Notes: a model not told the origin generated them from the letters alone. DNA of 64,000 nucleotides from Bugula neritina (GCA_964035545.1 OZ037772.1:12894818-12958817), one strand, 5' to 3'; positions 1-30,200 are shown, counted from the stretch's first letter. A program made the numbers and translations.

Positions 1-1087
1 ATTATTAATACTTATATATTTTAATAACTCTACAACTCATCAACAGCTGTTTGTTTGTGATGTCATAGACTTTGTTTGTGATGTCATAGAGCTGCCAGCA
101 TCACCCTGCTGCCTCTGATGACGTCATGACACTTAAGACTGTTCCCTTGTGCACATATTGCAGGGTAAAGCATTCAACTTAGTCACCCCAGCCGTGTATT
201 CAAGTCACATAAACTACGGGAGCTTAAACCCTCACCCCACCCCAACTGCTAAATAGACTGAGGCTAGAGCTAAGGAATCCTGCATACATTACATAATCTT
301 GTTAATTACTAGCGGGTTACGTGCAAACACACCTAGTGCAGGGAGCAGATAACTTCTATACACATATATACTGTATAATCCACATAATAATCTGAAACTT
401 TATGGCGCTTTAGAAGCTCTACAAAAAGCCGCTCAGTGTTTACATCATAGGATGGAAATAGTTGTAGATCTGGTAGTTGTCTACCCAGCTGGAATACCTA
501 TGAAGCTCATTGCCTTTTATTATATTAGCTATATTATAAATGAACATGTGCTTCGTGCTTGTTTATTCTCTTATAACAAAAATTATTGACTACCTAAGGC
601 TGCCACTACCAGCGGACAGCGTGGCATCAACTGCTATTATTAGCTGACAGCATAAGATTTGCAGTGTATACTCACAGCTGACTACAACATTGTGATATCC
701 AGGATCTCTCTTACGTAATTACTAACCCAATTAGTATCAGGTAATTAGAATCTCCCAATATAAACATATCAAAGCTGCTGTTATTAGACTACTCAGTACT
801 AAAATACTTCCCTTTCTACCAGCTGAATGCAGCTGAGAAGGTATTTTAGACACAGGAATCTTGTGAGAGCCTCCAGTGGTAGGGCACGCTGTTGACCGTG
901 TCTCAAACCAATCTGGAAAAATTTACTGAGTAACTATAAATGGATGTTACATGCAACTAACATAGTGGGCTTTAAACAGTTTCTTAAAATATCCAAAAGT
1001 GATCTGCTAAAACCTAATTTAGTTATAAATATTCTAATTCAACTGCTGCACCACGCCTATACACAAGAATCACAAATAGAATGTATC

Positions 1088-1788
1088 ACTCTATACTCTA
1101 TACTCTATACTCTATACTCTATACTCTATACTCTATACTCTATACTCTATACTCTATACTCTATACTCTATACTCTATACTCTATACTCTATACTCTATA
1201 CTCTATACTCTATACTCTATACTCTATACTCTATACTCTATACTCTATACTCTATACTCTATACTCTATACTCTATACTCTATACTCTATACTCTATACT
1301 CTATACTCTATACTCTATACTCTATACTCTATACTCTATACTCTATACTCTATACTCTATACTCTATACTCTATACTCTATACTCTATACTCTATACTCT
1401 ATACTCTATACTCTATACTCTATACTCTATACTCTATACTCTATACTCTATACTCTATACTCTATACTCTATACTCTATACTCTATACTCTATACTCTAT
1501 ACTCTATACTCTATACTCTATACTCTATACTCTATACTCTATACTCTATACTCTATACTCTATACTCTATACTCTATACTCTATACTCTATACTCTATAC
1601 TCTATACTCTATACTCTATACTCTATACTCTATACTCTATACTCTATACTCTATACTCTATACTCTATACTCTATACTCTATACTCTATACTCTATACTC
1701 TATACTCTATACTCTATACTCTATACTCTATACTCTATAGTCTATACTCTATACTCTATACTCTATACTCTATACTCTATAGTCTATA
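1088..1788. repeat. (ACTCTAT)n 7-bp tandem repeat, about 100 near-perfect copies
   Basis: Directly visible. Explains the LYSILYT ORFs at 944-1789 and 1081-1740. Degenerate relatives occur at ~22400-22510 and, in reverse orientation, ~32175-32345. Confidence 0.98.
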
Positions 1789-4555
1789 GTATGTAAAATT
1801 CATATGGAAATGTCCACTAATGCTAATAGCCAACGTTTATCAGATAATGCAACAAATTATGATAATTTTTAAAACATATTTTGATCTTAGACACTGCAAT
1901 GTTGATAATTGTAGTCTCTAAGGGCTGGTATCAGCTGAGGAAGTGGGACGCAGTGATGGTGAGGTGTCAACATGTCACACAAGTTTTGACTCTTTTACGT
2001 GACAAACAGACAGACAGAGACAAGCCAAACACACCGAAGGAGTGTCTAGCAATACAGATACTATACTTCAGCACTCACCACCAGAGTAAATCTTGAGTCT
2101 AGAGTTATAGTATAATCCGGGATTATCAGGGCACACGGCAGGCAGCGGCAGCGGCAGCAGGAAAAGAAAGCCACAAACAGTGCTGCTGACTAACTCAAAA
2201 ACTGAGCTGTTAGCTGCGTATATATACTACACACTGCGGGTGGGAGCCGCAACCCTCCAACTAGTGCTCTAGAACTGAGGCTGTCTTGACATTATAGATG
2301 AATCCTGTTTATAATAATTTAGCTTTAGGTTACACCTACATTGGGGGTGGGCTAGCAAGACACCCTTGAACTAAAGGGCACTGGCTCAGTTAATTACTAC
2401 ATGCCTATTACCTAATGAATGATAATCAATACCAAAATACTGACTGCAGATGAAAAACAGGCAGCTTTACTTTCCCTGGAGAGAGAAGCTGTCAGAATAA
2501 CTTCCAGTGCTGTCGGCATGCAGTGTGTACACTTAGCATGTGTGTATATGTTCAGTAGGTTTAGCAAGTTGAAAGCAATTAAAATGTATGCAGCTTAAAA
2601 AAGGCAAAGCCTATCCACAGGCATAATTCTAGTAATATGAAATTATTATTTTAGTTTATTTTTAGTAATAATATGTTTAAATCTTTTTGTAGTGTTAGAT
2701 AGATTATGTTGCTTTTACACATTTTATGTTATGATAAACTATATTACCAAAAAATTTATTATCAGTGTGTGTGTTACATTATAATCATATAGCATGAATG
2801 CATGTGTTATACTATATTGTGTTACACTGCATATTACATTAAAAAAGCTGCATAATACATAGTCTTATACTGTTTTCATCATACTATGATATCCATACTG
2901 TTGTCTTTCATGCAGTAAATATTATGGTTGTATGTTTATTAAAAACATACTCAGCTGATAGGCAGATATACATAATATTGTTATAATACCATGATATAGT
3001 ATATCTTTGTATATCATTTCACAAGAAGTAAAACCAGATGCTATGATTGCATATCCAACAAGCAACATTTGTGCTAATTATATTCTTCAAATGGTAAAGC
3101 TCTGTCTAATCATGAATCTATCAACTGTATATTATTTTCAACTTGAAAGTTATGAAAGATGTGAATCAATATTTCTCACCGCATAAGCTGCATATTGGTG
3201 GATATCCTAACACGTGAGAATGGTAATCATAACACTAGCTACTCAGTTAGACTTTAGTACTAACACCTGGTACTCAGTATATTACACAGTGACTTGGAAG
3301 TACTAGCTGCGCCACTAAAGATGTACTACTCCCACTACAACCTCTGCTCAGATCATGTATTACTTACGTAGAATTGCTGCTCAATAAAAGAGTGACTTCT
3401 TCACTAATTTCCAGAGAACGTATCACAAACAGAGACAATTTGAATATTTTACTGGTAGTGGTGTGTTGTGTACAAGCATTGAGTAATACGTAACTTCACT
3501 ATTAAGCTGCTTATCAAATTATTTACTTTTCAAAAAGCTGGAAAACTGAATTATAATGAGAATAGTCCAACTTGCAATATTATGATGTGCTTTGACCCAA
3601 TAACAGAGCAGAAACAAGGGACTGTATAGAAAGTCAATCTCATACTTCAACTTTTTGAGCAGATGGAAGGAAATAGAGAAATATGACAGAACTTTATTTA
3701 TATTATGTCCAGAGAAATTGTAAAGAGAATATTTAAAATATTGTTTCCTTTGAATAAAATCAATAGTTCTGAACAGTGAGCGGACAACTCCGGGAAGATA
3801 TTGTAAGTAGAAGTCGTCTGCACAAGGATTGTATTCGGCCAATCAGCTCGCTTGCCTACTTGTGATGTCACTACGCTATGAGCAAGTCCGTCTTGTCATA
3901 TGACACACGGAAATATCTACAAGTCGCGAAATTGAACATCCTGTTTGCTGGTGAACTTCCTGTCCGAACAGATCCTGTGAGGCCGACCTTGAAGAGGTCA
4001 AACTCGACTGTTTGGTTGTGGGCAGCGAATGGCGCACACGCCCGTGCAGCTATTCATGTGGTGTGACATTGCCGGAACTCAACCTATCTGCGATAGGTGT
4101 GGTCATAGCCCCAACGTTTCTTGTGGTTCACAGTCTAAACCAAGGTCATACTGGAGTCACCGGGCATAGCCTGGGAATCATAAGATAGCACACAGTGTTT
4201 AGGATCCTAGCTTCGGTTGTGTACACACTCCCCTCCCCCAAAACTATGACATGACAAGTTAAGAATTGCACTAAACTAAGTCCCTTGAATTGAGTAGCAC
4301 CAATGATCAGTAACTCAGAGCGAGTTATTTAAAAAAATAGAAAATAGAATCACTACTATTGATACAGTTAACTGATGTTATAACACAGATGACAAAACAG
4401 AAATATAATAATTATCTAGCACCATCATTACGAGCACCAAAATCAATTTGCAATATCACTTTGTAAAAAAGGCAGAAAAAGTGAATATGAATAGAATGAC
4501 TTTACATAAGTTTAAGTTAGTTTTAAATGCGTATTTATATGTGTACAGTGTGTGG

Positions 4556-19846
<15,291 letters not shown>

Positions 19847-21243
19847 TCCTAACTGGCGCAGTTTACTCGGCTTTTACTCAGCCGACCCGATTTTCATGTA
19901 TTTCTCCGAGAAGAGAACTACGGGCTACGAGAGGAGCCACCAGCCAGAAATCGTGTCTTGACTCGCTCTTAGCAGACGCTCAGCGACACGACGTTCTCAA
20001 ACACTGGGCCACTGCCTGCCACTTGTCACTGCCACTTGACACTAGCTACTCGCATATGACAGTATAGAGAGCACCCGACTATAGCCAGTCACCAGCCACT
20101 ACAACTAGACTCTATACTGCACAAGGGGCACCTTGCAACAACCTGTTGTCAATAATCATATCAGCAGAATTCTTGCAGAGAGGAAATCCCTCATATAGAC
20201 TGAGAACTGAGCCAATATACGCATAGACTGCGGGTGGTGGGCAGGGACACTTCAGAATGTTGAGGGTCGAGATGAGAAAACTGAGGCTATATCGCATATT
20301 CTAGCCTGACAAGCATATGGTGTCAGTTACTGTAATTAAGAACAACTGTCATGTATTCAGTACAAAATATGCACCTTTTCTTACCTGTCTACATAGCCTG
20401 TGAAACTTCAATCAGTGAGAGGTTATTTATTAAAGGAGTCAGTGAAACGCCCGCATAGAATGCTGTTCGGACAGATAGGTTTTCTGACCCCAGACCATGG
20501 GAAGTGTGAATGAAAGTTGATAGCGATTTCAAAGAATGATACAGTGTGATGTGCTGGATGACTTGGGGTTGATTACAGGGGTGGATACAGGAGGTGGATT
20601 CAGCAGAGAGATTGCCGTTAGTTGAAAGCAATTATCATACTATGCAAATAAATAATATTAATCAAAAACAAAATGAAAAGTAAGCAATACTTTTTAATAA
20701 AGTCATAAAATTTAAAACACAAGTACTTTATTAAAACTTCTAGAAATTGAATTATTTTTAAACACAATTCATGTAATAATCAACTGACCGGCATGGCACA
20801 TCTAACATTTGAGATACTTCGGAATAAGAACTGGAGAATTATTCTGCTACTTTTAATAACTTTATTATTGAAGGTTTTAAGCAAAATATTTTTAAAATAT
20901 GCAGAGAAACGACAACCTAACACACTCTTAGCTCTGTAAGGTAAGACAATGATAACATGCCCCCTACTACTATATTAATGAGATCCACTCCTTGCTACAT
21001 ACTCTAGTCCATCACGTGTGCACAGCTCATCCTCACAGGAAATATTACACAGTTTGAAACCTGGGCTATCTCTATGATATACTATCAGGGTGGAAGTCTC
21101 AAGTCTCCAACTTGAAACACTATATGCTAGAGACTGAGGCTAACAATTTCAAATAAATAATATAGAATATAAAAATGTTTCTGAAAGCTAATATAATGAT
21201 TAGTAACTTTTACTGTCTCCACCTCAGCCTCTACTACTGAGTG

Positions 21244-24200
21244 CTAATAGAAGCTTCTAGAGCATTCGCAGTAGCCTGTGGGAAGTTAAGTTAAGTCAGA
21301 GTCACAATCGGCTCATACAAAAACTTCAGTGTGAATATCAAGAACTTGGGCTATGAAAGCAAGAGAGCTGTGTCCAGCTGTGAGCGAATAATTTGGAGTA
21401 ATTAGAGAACATTTTCTAATTAAATCTGAGAGTTACTGTAACATGACAAGCGGAGAGAGCCACTCTACTGCACACTACAACTCCTCACCAACTCTACAAT
21501 AGTACTACTGCATGTCTATGTCAACTACTGATAATTTAGTGCTCAGACTGAGATCCTAAAGAGAAACTTACTTGTGAGTTTGAGGGGGTCTACAACTTCT
21601 CCATCTAAAATCAACAAAAGAAAATTTATATTTCAGGTACAAAATAAACAAATAGCAAACTTAGCCTACAGACGGACAAACAGACAGACAGACAGACAAC
21701 TGTATATAACTACTGGCATCAGTATTTGTTATCAAAAGTTATAACGGTATTGTTTCATGAGGGAATTGATCTTAATACTTTCTTTTTCATCTTTAAGAAA
21801 TGACATTGATATAACCTTGTATTCTATGCCTATGATCTCTACAAACTAGTAGTAGTCGTAGTGTAGAGATCAGTGACCTACTTACATCTGTTACTTCCTG
21901 TTACGACACGCATAGCTTCACTGTAGGCATTTCTTCCTGTGTCCCGAGTAGCTCGAACTCTGAAGTAGTGCGGGGTGTTGGGAGGGAGGTTCGTAAGGAC
22001 ATAGGATAGGGTTTCATTGGACAAGAATGTCTCTACGGATTGGCTCCAGTTAGAGAAGTCAGTTGTGTACTCCACATAGTAGCCTGCAGTATATATGACA
22101 CCAGTGAGCGGGTACTTGTCACATGGAAGGTGTGACATTGGTGACAGGAGCTTGTGATGTCATAGAGTGACAAAACCATGCAATGGTTGACAGCTAGATG
22201 AAAATGACACTTGTTTCACCATGTCGCAGAGACCAGAAAAACCTGCCAGAGACAAGTGTGGTCAGGTGCTTGTTACAAACTAACCTAACAATCCCACTGT
22301 GTACTGTGGAGGTCTCCAGCTGATCTTCACGTCTCTACTTCCAGCGAATATCTGAATGTCCCGAGGAGCCTCTAAAACTACATTGTATTGGCAAACTCTA
22401 AACTCTGTACTCTAAAATCTACACTCTATACTCTGTACTCTATACTCTATATACTATACTCTGTACTCTATATACTATACTCTACTCTAAACTCTATACT
22501 CTATACTCTGTGGTGAGAAATGCTAACAAACCAGCATGCGGCTGGAAAGAATTTAATTATAATCTTAGTTGAAATACAAAACATATGCAGACAATGTAGG
22601 ATTATTGCAATAGCCTGCTATGCTTTTTATTATGTATCTAATCCTATGCTACTTCATTCTAATTGTTACAGCTAATGTATTCTGAGATATTTTTTCATTC
22701 AAAGTCAATACACATCTGAATACTAGAGTTTAACAGCAGAAGGGAAAATATCCAATGCAATATTACATTAATTATATTAATAAATAATATGAGAGGAGCT
22801 TCCAGCTTACCAGAACTAGTGCTCCCAGTTGATATGACATCACCAGAACTAGTGCTCCCAGTTGATATGACATCACCAGAACCAGTGCCTCCAGTTGATA
22901 TGACATCACCAGAACTAGTGCCCCCAGTTGATATGACATCACCAGAACCAGTGCTCCCAGTTGATATGACATCACCAGAACCAGTGCTCCCAGTTGATAT
23001 GACATCACCAGAACTTGAGGTGAACACAACACCATCTGTAGCATAAAGAATACCCTGAGAACAAGTAATGTGGAGATAATCAATATCAACTATTTATTAG
23101 TATCTTTCATGCCACCATTCCAGACACAACCTACTCACAGCTGTTACTTCCTGTCACGACACGCATCACTTTGCTAGAAGAACTTCCTGTGTCCCGGATA
23201 GCCTGAACTGTGAAGTAATACGGAGTGTTGGGGGATAGATCTGAGAGCACATGGTTCAAGGTGTCAGCAGGTACTCTCGTGTCATGTGTCAAACTCTGGT
23301 CAGAGTAGTCGGTGGTGTACTGTATGGAGTACCCTGTAGCATATGTCAACAGGTGCTTTAGACAACATTGGCAGGTGCTATAGACACAAATGGTAGTTGT
23401 GACACGAGACTGGTGATGGCAGGATGAGCAAGTGCTTGTAGATGAGAGGTGAGGGCAGGATGAGCAGGTGCTTGTAGATGAGAGGTGAGGGTAGGATGAG
23501 CAGGTGCTTGTAGATGAGAGGTGAGGGTAGGATAAGCAGGTGCTTGTAGATGAGAGGTTAGTCTGCTGAACTCACCTGAAACTATTCCACCAGCCAGGGG
23601 CTTCTCCCAGGATAACCAAACTGAACTGTCTGTCCCAGCAAACACCGACACTAAGCTAGGCGCCATGTTGGAATCACCTACGACAAAAGATGCAATCAAC
23701 AGCAGCAGCACATATTCCTTCATCAGGTATAATATATATTCCTTCATCAGGTATCATATAGATTTACCAACATTGGGAGCAGGAAAGAAATCATAAAATT
23801 TTAATAAACAAATTTAATACAAAAACTAAACAAGATAAAATATTTAAATAGTAAATGCATTGAATAAAGTCTAACAGAATAGTAGCTATGATCTCAAAAC
23901 CAATTTACCTGTCTCTGTTTCTCCAGCCACAACTTCACTGTTTCCAGTTATACCTCCACTGGTCTGGCCTCCACTGGTCTGACCTCCACTGGCCTGGCCT
24001 CCACTGGTCTGGCCTCCACTGGTCTGACCTCCACTGGCCTGGCCTCCACTGGTCTGGCCTCCACTGGTCTGGCTTCCACTGGTCTGGCCTCCACTGGTCC
24101 AACTTCCACTGGCCTGGCTTCCACTGGTCTGGCCTCCACTGGTACCAGCAGATCCGGGGCCACTTATCTTAGATTGTCCAGTGCCAGTAGAACTGCCTCC

Positions 24201-27200
24201 AGTCCAAGTGGTCCCACCAGAACCTCCCCCAGTACTAGCAGAAGAGAAGGTGAATGACCCAGATTGTCCATCTGCAATGAAAACTTAAACTAAAAACTGA
24301 TAACATGTTATGCTGTACTTATCATACTACATATTGTATTATAAATTGTACTATATATTATACTATATATTGTACTATATATTGTACTATATACTATACT
24401 ACATATTATACTATATACTATACTATATACTATACTACATACTATACTATACTATATACTATACTATATACTATACTATATACTATACTACATACTATAC
24501 TATATATTGTACTATATACTATACTACATATTATACTATATACTATACTACATACTATACTATATATTGCACTATATACTATACTATATATTATACTACA
24601 TACTACATATATTATACTATATACTATACCATATACTATATATTATACCATATATTATACCATATATTATACCACATACTGCACTTACCAGTAAGCCAGT
24701 CAGACTGGATGTTACCAAACTCGGTGAGTAAGACAACCCGGAACTCGTAGTCAGTATCGGGGCGGAGAGAATCAATCTTCACGTCACCAGCTCCTGTAAA
24801 ATAACAACACAGTGTAGAGAATTCAGCCTGTCTGTGCGTCTTTCTGTCCGTGTGTCCCCGGCTTGTGTATAACAAAGCCTACAGTCTGTGTGTGTGTGTG
24901 TGTCCATGTAGAGAAATCAGTCTGTGTGTCCATGTAGCAGGGTTGGGGTCAATTACATATAAATGTAATTAATTACAATTACAATTACAATTACTTTTGT
25001 TTTCACAAGAGACAAATAAAAGTTATATAATCTCCCTTGTGAGGTGCAACTACCAGGGGTATTTTTGACAACTGAGAGCTTTCTTCATTCTCCACAGTAA
25101 CCAACATGATGATAAATACAATATTAAATTAATCCGAACTTTTTAATGAACAGTAGGCAAGGCAGGAAAAATATGATTTTTACAAGATTTAGAAATTTGA
25201 AGTAATTGTTATGTAATTATAAAGTAATTGTGAAATTCAATTACATTAGCAATGTATTTAATTAGAATTACAATTACATTTTTATACATCAATTACAAAT
25301 TACATTCAATTACTTAAGAAAATGTAATTAATTACAACCAATTACAATTACAAATTACAATTACCTCAACCCTGCCATGTAGCTATCCTGTATCAAATAT
25401 GTGTAAAATAGACGCAACTGTTTCAGTCAGATAGTTTATTGTATCACATAAAACTAATTATTTCAAACTATTTCTTTGTATTTGTTTGCTGTTAAATTAA
25501 CCCCCTTTACATCCCTTGCTGTTCCACTCATCACCCCCTGTTATCTGTCTACTCACCACCCCCTGCTATTTCTCTACCCACCACTCCCTGTTATCTGTCT
25601 ACTCACCACCCCCTGCTATCTGTCTACTCACCACCCCCTCTTATCTGTTCACTCACCACCCCCTGTTATCTGTTCACTCACCACCCCCTGTTATCTGTCT
25701 ACTCATCACCCCCTGTTATCTGTCTACTCACCACCCCCTGCTATCTGTCTACTCACCACCCCCTGCTATCTGTCTACTCATCACTGCTCTGTTAAAAGAG
25801 CTAATGTTAGAATCTCTGTAGTAGACTGAAGTAGACTGTATGTCAAAGTCTGGCTCTAGCCATCTTAGTCTCCAGATCTGGTAGGAGAAAGCAGCTTGAT
25901 TATTACTATTATATTATTATGTGGTGTAATATACTCTTATAGAATATAATATTATTATATTACTATAATATATATAATACTATTATATTACTATAATATA
26001 TATAATATTATATTACTATAATATATATAATATTATTATATTACTATAATATATACATGAATAGGTTGACCAGCAAATAGTTGTAATCAGATCTATTCTT
26101 ATTTCTTTGTTTTAGGAGTAATACTGAAGCTCAGCAGTAATAACAGACACACAGACAGGCAGACTCACAGACAGACAGACACACAGACGGACACACAGAC
26201 AGACACACAGACAGACTCACAGTATCAGCTTCCTGTCTGACTGAGAGCCGTAAACCAATCAGATCAGGGAGAGGAGGCGGAGCTCCAGAGAGACCAGATG
26301 ACCTTGACACGCCACCGCTACTATACAACATCCAAGGAGTCTGGGCCTCTCGCCGAGTTTCAACACGCATTTGCTAAAATAAACCAAAGTAAAATTAGAA
26401 ATATTGATTTTATATTATATTACCAATGGAGTGTATCAGAAAATTACTGAAAGTTATGAAAACTAAATTATATTTCATTAACAGTAACGCAGCAAATGAG
26501 TATATATTATTAGATATTCAACAATAAAGATAGTGAATATATTTTCAATGAGTTTAACACGTCACTCTACGTTGAATGTATCTACAGTTGGTAAGAATAT
26601 TCTCCTGTGTTATCCAGCAGCAGACGTGTGTCATAGATTAAACTAAGTTCATCGTAGATTTCTCAGTATTACTAAGGTGACTAGTAGATACGTACCCTCA
26701 CTCGGATGTAGTAGTCAACACCAGGCTTTAATCCACTCAGTGTAGTCTGAGAACTTCCGCTAACTTTAGATGTCGAGACGGGACCTCCCATTTCCTTCCA
26801 CTCTACTACATACTCTGGTATTACATCTAGAAACTGGTCACTAGCTTTCGGTATCGACCAATCAAATTCTATCTGCAAGTGTAACAAATACTCGAGACAT
26901 TTATAAGTGTCAACACTCAGTCTGAATTATTAAAAGTAATGATAATGTTTAAAACAGTTTTACAAGTAACTTTGCACCAACTAATCTTCCCTAACTAAAA
27001 GTTAGCGAAAACTTTGCTATTACCTCAGCTAGTAATTATGACAAAAAATAAATTAAAACAATAAAAAGGAAATTCTTCAACTTACTATTAATTCATAAAG
27101 TTTTATAATAATTATAAAATAAAACTAAAAGTAAAAATGAAAAAAGATTCCCACATTTATGTTCACTACACAGACCAGATACTCCATGATTCTAGAATTC

Positions 27201-30200
27201 TCCGTAGATGACTAACCTGTCCAGTTTGAGCACCGGGAGTAAACACTGAGCTGTACACAAAACTCTCCTCAACGTAGAGGTCAAAGTAAGGGGTGGCTAA
27301 ACCCTCGCTCCCATCAGCTAACAACTCAACCCACTGAAACTCCAAGTCTAAGTATGGTTCTACAGAAGAGAATGAGTCAACTGACTGACCAATGAGTGGA
27401 CTGAGAATTCAACCAGAATGTGACATACTCTTCTAGTTAGGACTTTGAATGATATACTAAATACTTGAATACAAAGCAGTACTTTAAAAGTAAAAACTAG
27501 TAATTCATGAACACTTCACCAACCAATAATGAGAACGTCCTGTATGTGAAGAGGCACGTCCTTGTATCCTATCACAGTCTCGAGCCCGTACTCCTTGTAG
27601 TAGACTCTGTGGGCTACGACATCTGAGGAACTCAGGCTAGTCGGCTCTTTCCACTTCACTCTGTATTCCTGCGAGTATTCCAAACATGTGCCAAAGGAAT
27701 GACAACTCCCAGTGTCTATGAAACTTACAGTGAGAGTGTGACTACACAATACTAAGTCTATGTAACTTACAGTGAGAGTATACAATACTAAGTCTATGTA
27801 ACTTACAGTGAGAGTGTGACTATACAATACTAAATCTATGTAACTTACAGTGAGAGTATACAATACTAAGTCTATGTAACTTACGGTGAGAGTGTGACTA
27901 TACTAAGTCTATGTAACTTACAGTGAGAGTATCATCAACGGAAGCAGAGACTGTAACTTCGTAGTCAGTTTTCTGTGATTTTAGCATTTCATCATCTTGA
28001 ATGTTTTCTGTAACAAAACATGTTAAACAAATAAACTTCTATAATATAAAGATAATTTCAAACTGATTAAATTCAGAGAGATGTACAAAGAGACAAACAG
28101 ACAGACCTTTAGCTGATTGACCTTGAGTCGACCTTGAAGTATCCTTCCTAAGTTGCGTGCAGACGGAGGTGCCATCTTGAAGGACAAGTTTAACGAGTTT
28201 ACCGTAGACTGAGTGTGCTCCGTAAAGAGGTAGATTGAGGTCTGCGAATGCGTGGGGCAGGTCACTGTACCTCCCCGATATATCTCCAACTGGGAACTGG
28301 TCACTAGAAACTGAGTCTACAATTGAATGACCTTCAACTTTCCACAATAAATGCCTGGGTTTATATTTTCACTATTATTTTGTCAAACCGATAGTAAATA
28401 AATCTATCACTACTCATTATTCTAGAAGTTGTTCTCTAAGCAGCTCTGAGCTGGTGGGGGGGGGGGGGAAGTTGAGTGAAGTAGTTGGGAGTTGTGTTCT
28501 CTAAACTCAAGAGCTCCAAACTACTGCACTCAATCACCTCCAACTCGGAGCTGCTTATAAAACAATTCATATCTTAATGACAGTAATATGATAGTAAAAG
28601 GCCTAGCCTGTGTACCTCGAGTACTTGTAGACACATTGAAGGGGTCGTACACCACACCCCCGACACAATCACCCTCTATAATGTGTAGAGACTTGACCTT
28701 CGGCAGGTTAATCTCCACTTGTGTCGGATGATATCTGCTTACTTGGGTCAAGGTCACCGACCCTAAGAACAGGAAGCAGACGTTGATGTTGCACAAGACA
28801 CGAGACATGTGATGTAAGTTGGTAAGTACATGTACCGTAATTTACAGAGTAGAAACTAGTCACAAACCCTAACTTTAGATTTAAATTTCTTTATCAAGAC
28901 ACTGAATTTATTAGAAAAAACACAATTTCAAATTCAGATAAAAACTTTCCGTCAAATTAAATGTTTTTAAATTCGAAAACTTTGCTGCCTTTGAATTAAC
29001 AATAAGCTGCATAAAGCAACTGAATATCTAAGATTGGCTAAACAGGCTCTGCTGTGAACACTGGTGGGAGTTATTCTCTCCTCTCCTCACTGTATGACTC
29101 ACCAAACTCTTGCTCATCAAACAGGAAGCTGGCCTTGAGTCTGGTTGACTCGACTTTGATGATGTTGGAGGCAGCACGCTGACCGTGGTAGTAGTTATAG
29201 ACTACTAAGGATTTACCAACTAGCTCCTCCAGAGTGTACTGTCTGGTGTATGTCCAGAGGTAGCTGGTGGACCCTGACAGGGAAAGACAAGTCATAATAT
29301 CTGTCACTATAACTCAGTCTATGGTAACAGTTGATATAGCTAACTAGAGATCATCCGCATTATATAATATAATACAATATTATATATAATATAATACGAT
29401 ATAATAATATATTACTACATGATAATATATATTACTATATACAAAGTGCTAGTAACTAAATATGATATTTCCAACATCAAGCAGCTGGCAAGCATAGCCC
29501 TAGGTACTGCACACAGCTTACAAGCACTCTTACCTGCCTCTCCACCTATTTGTACTGGTCCAATATCAGAACTTAGGTCTAGGATCACATGACTGAATTC
29601 CTGATTGCTGATTGGTTGACTGGGGTTGTAGACTTCCCCATAGACTGACCACTCCCAGGTTTCTGGCTCGGTGCCAGCCGTGAAGTACAGATCCGACATA
29701 ATCTACATCAACATCATGTCAAGGTGACAGGAAGTTACATCACAGTGACAGGAAATGACATCACGGTGACAGGAAGTGACATAATACCTGCAGGTCCCCG
29801 CTTTGCTCGCTGCTGGAGAAGGTAACTCTCCCGGAGACGCTTCCAGTCGTAGGGTCGACAAACACCGCCTCAGCTGTCTCCGATACGGGAGGTAGGATTG
29901 TGGAGCAGATCCTCTCACTGGGTTTGTTTACATTAGTTACCAGCAGCGACCTGCAGCAAGTGAGTGAAACAAGAGTATGCTTGTGTGTATGTTAGAGAGC
30001 AGATGCAATCTGCAGTGAATATTGTGTGGGCGAGAAAATTTCATCTACAAAAAATGCTACACAAAGACTTAGCTACTGTAGCTACAGCAAATAGGATATG
30101 CCGGGGAACACATGCATTCTACAGCAAATAGGATTGCCAAGAAACACATGCATTCTACAGTAAACAGGATATGCTAGGAAACACATGCATTCTACAGAAT

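Noticed and set aside
818-912. Possible minus-strand exon (TTTTCCAG ... CTG|GTAGAA) reading WFETRSTACPTTGGSHKIP
   Set aside because: No recognisable domain or partner exons in the window; cannot be supported
944-1789. 281-aa and 219-aa ORFs (LYSILYT)n
   Set aside because: Translations of a 7-bp satellite; no coding signal
3519-4066. ORFs and a CCAAT-like motif downstream of the collagen 3' end
   Set aside because: The 107-aa ORF starts at TTG and has no recognisable homology; may be a promoter or UTR, but evidence is insufficient
23948-24172. (EARPV)n and (GLHWS)n ORFs
   Set aside because: Alternative frames of the SGGQ linker exon; only the SGGQ frame joins the flanking exons
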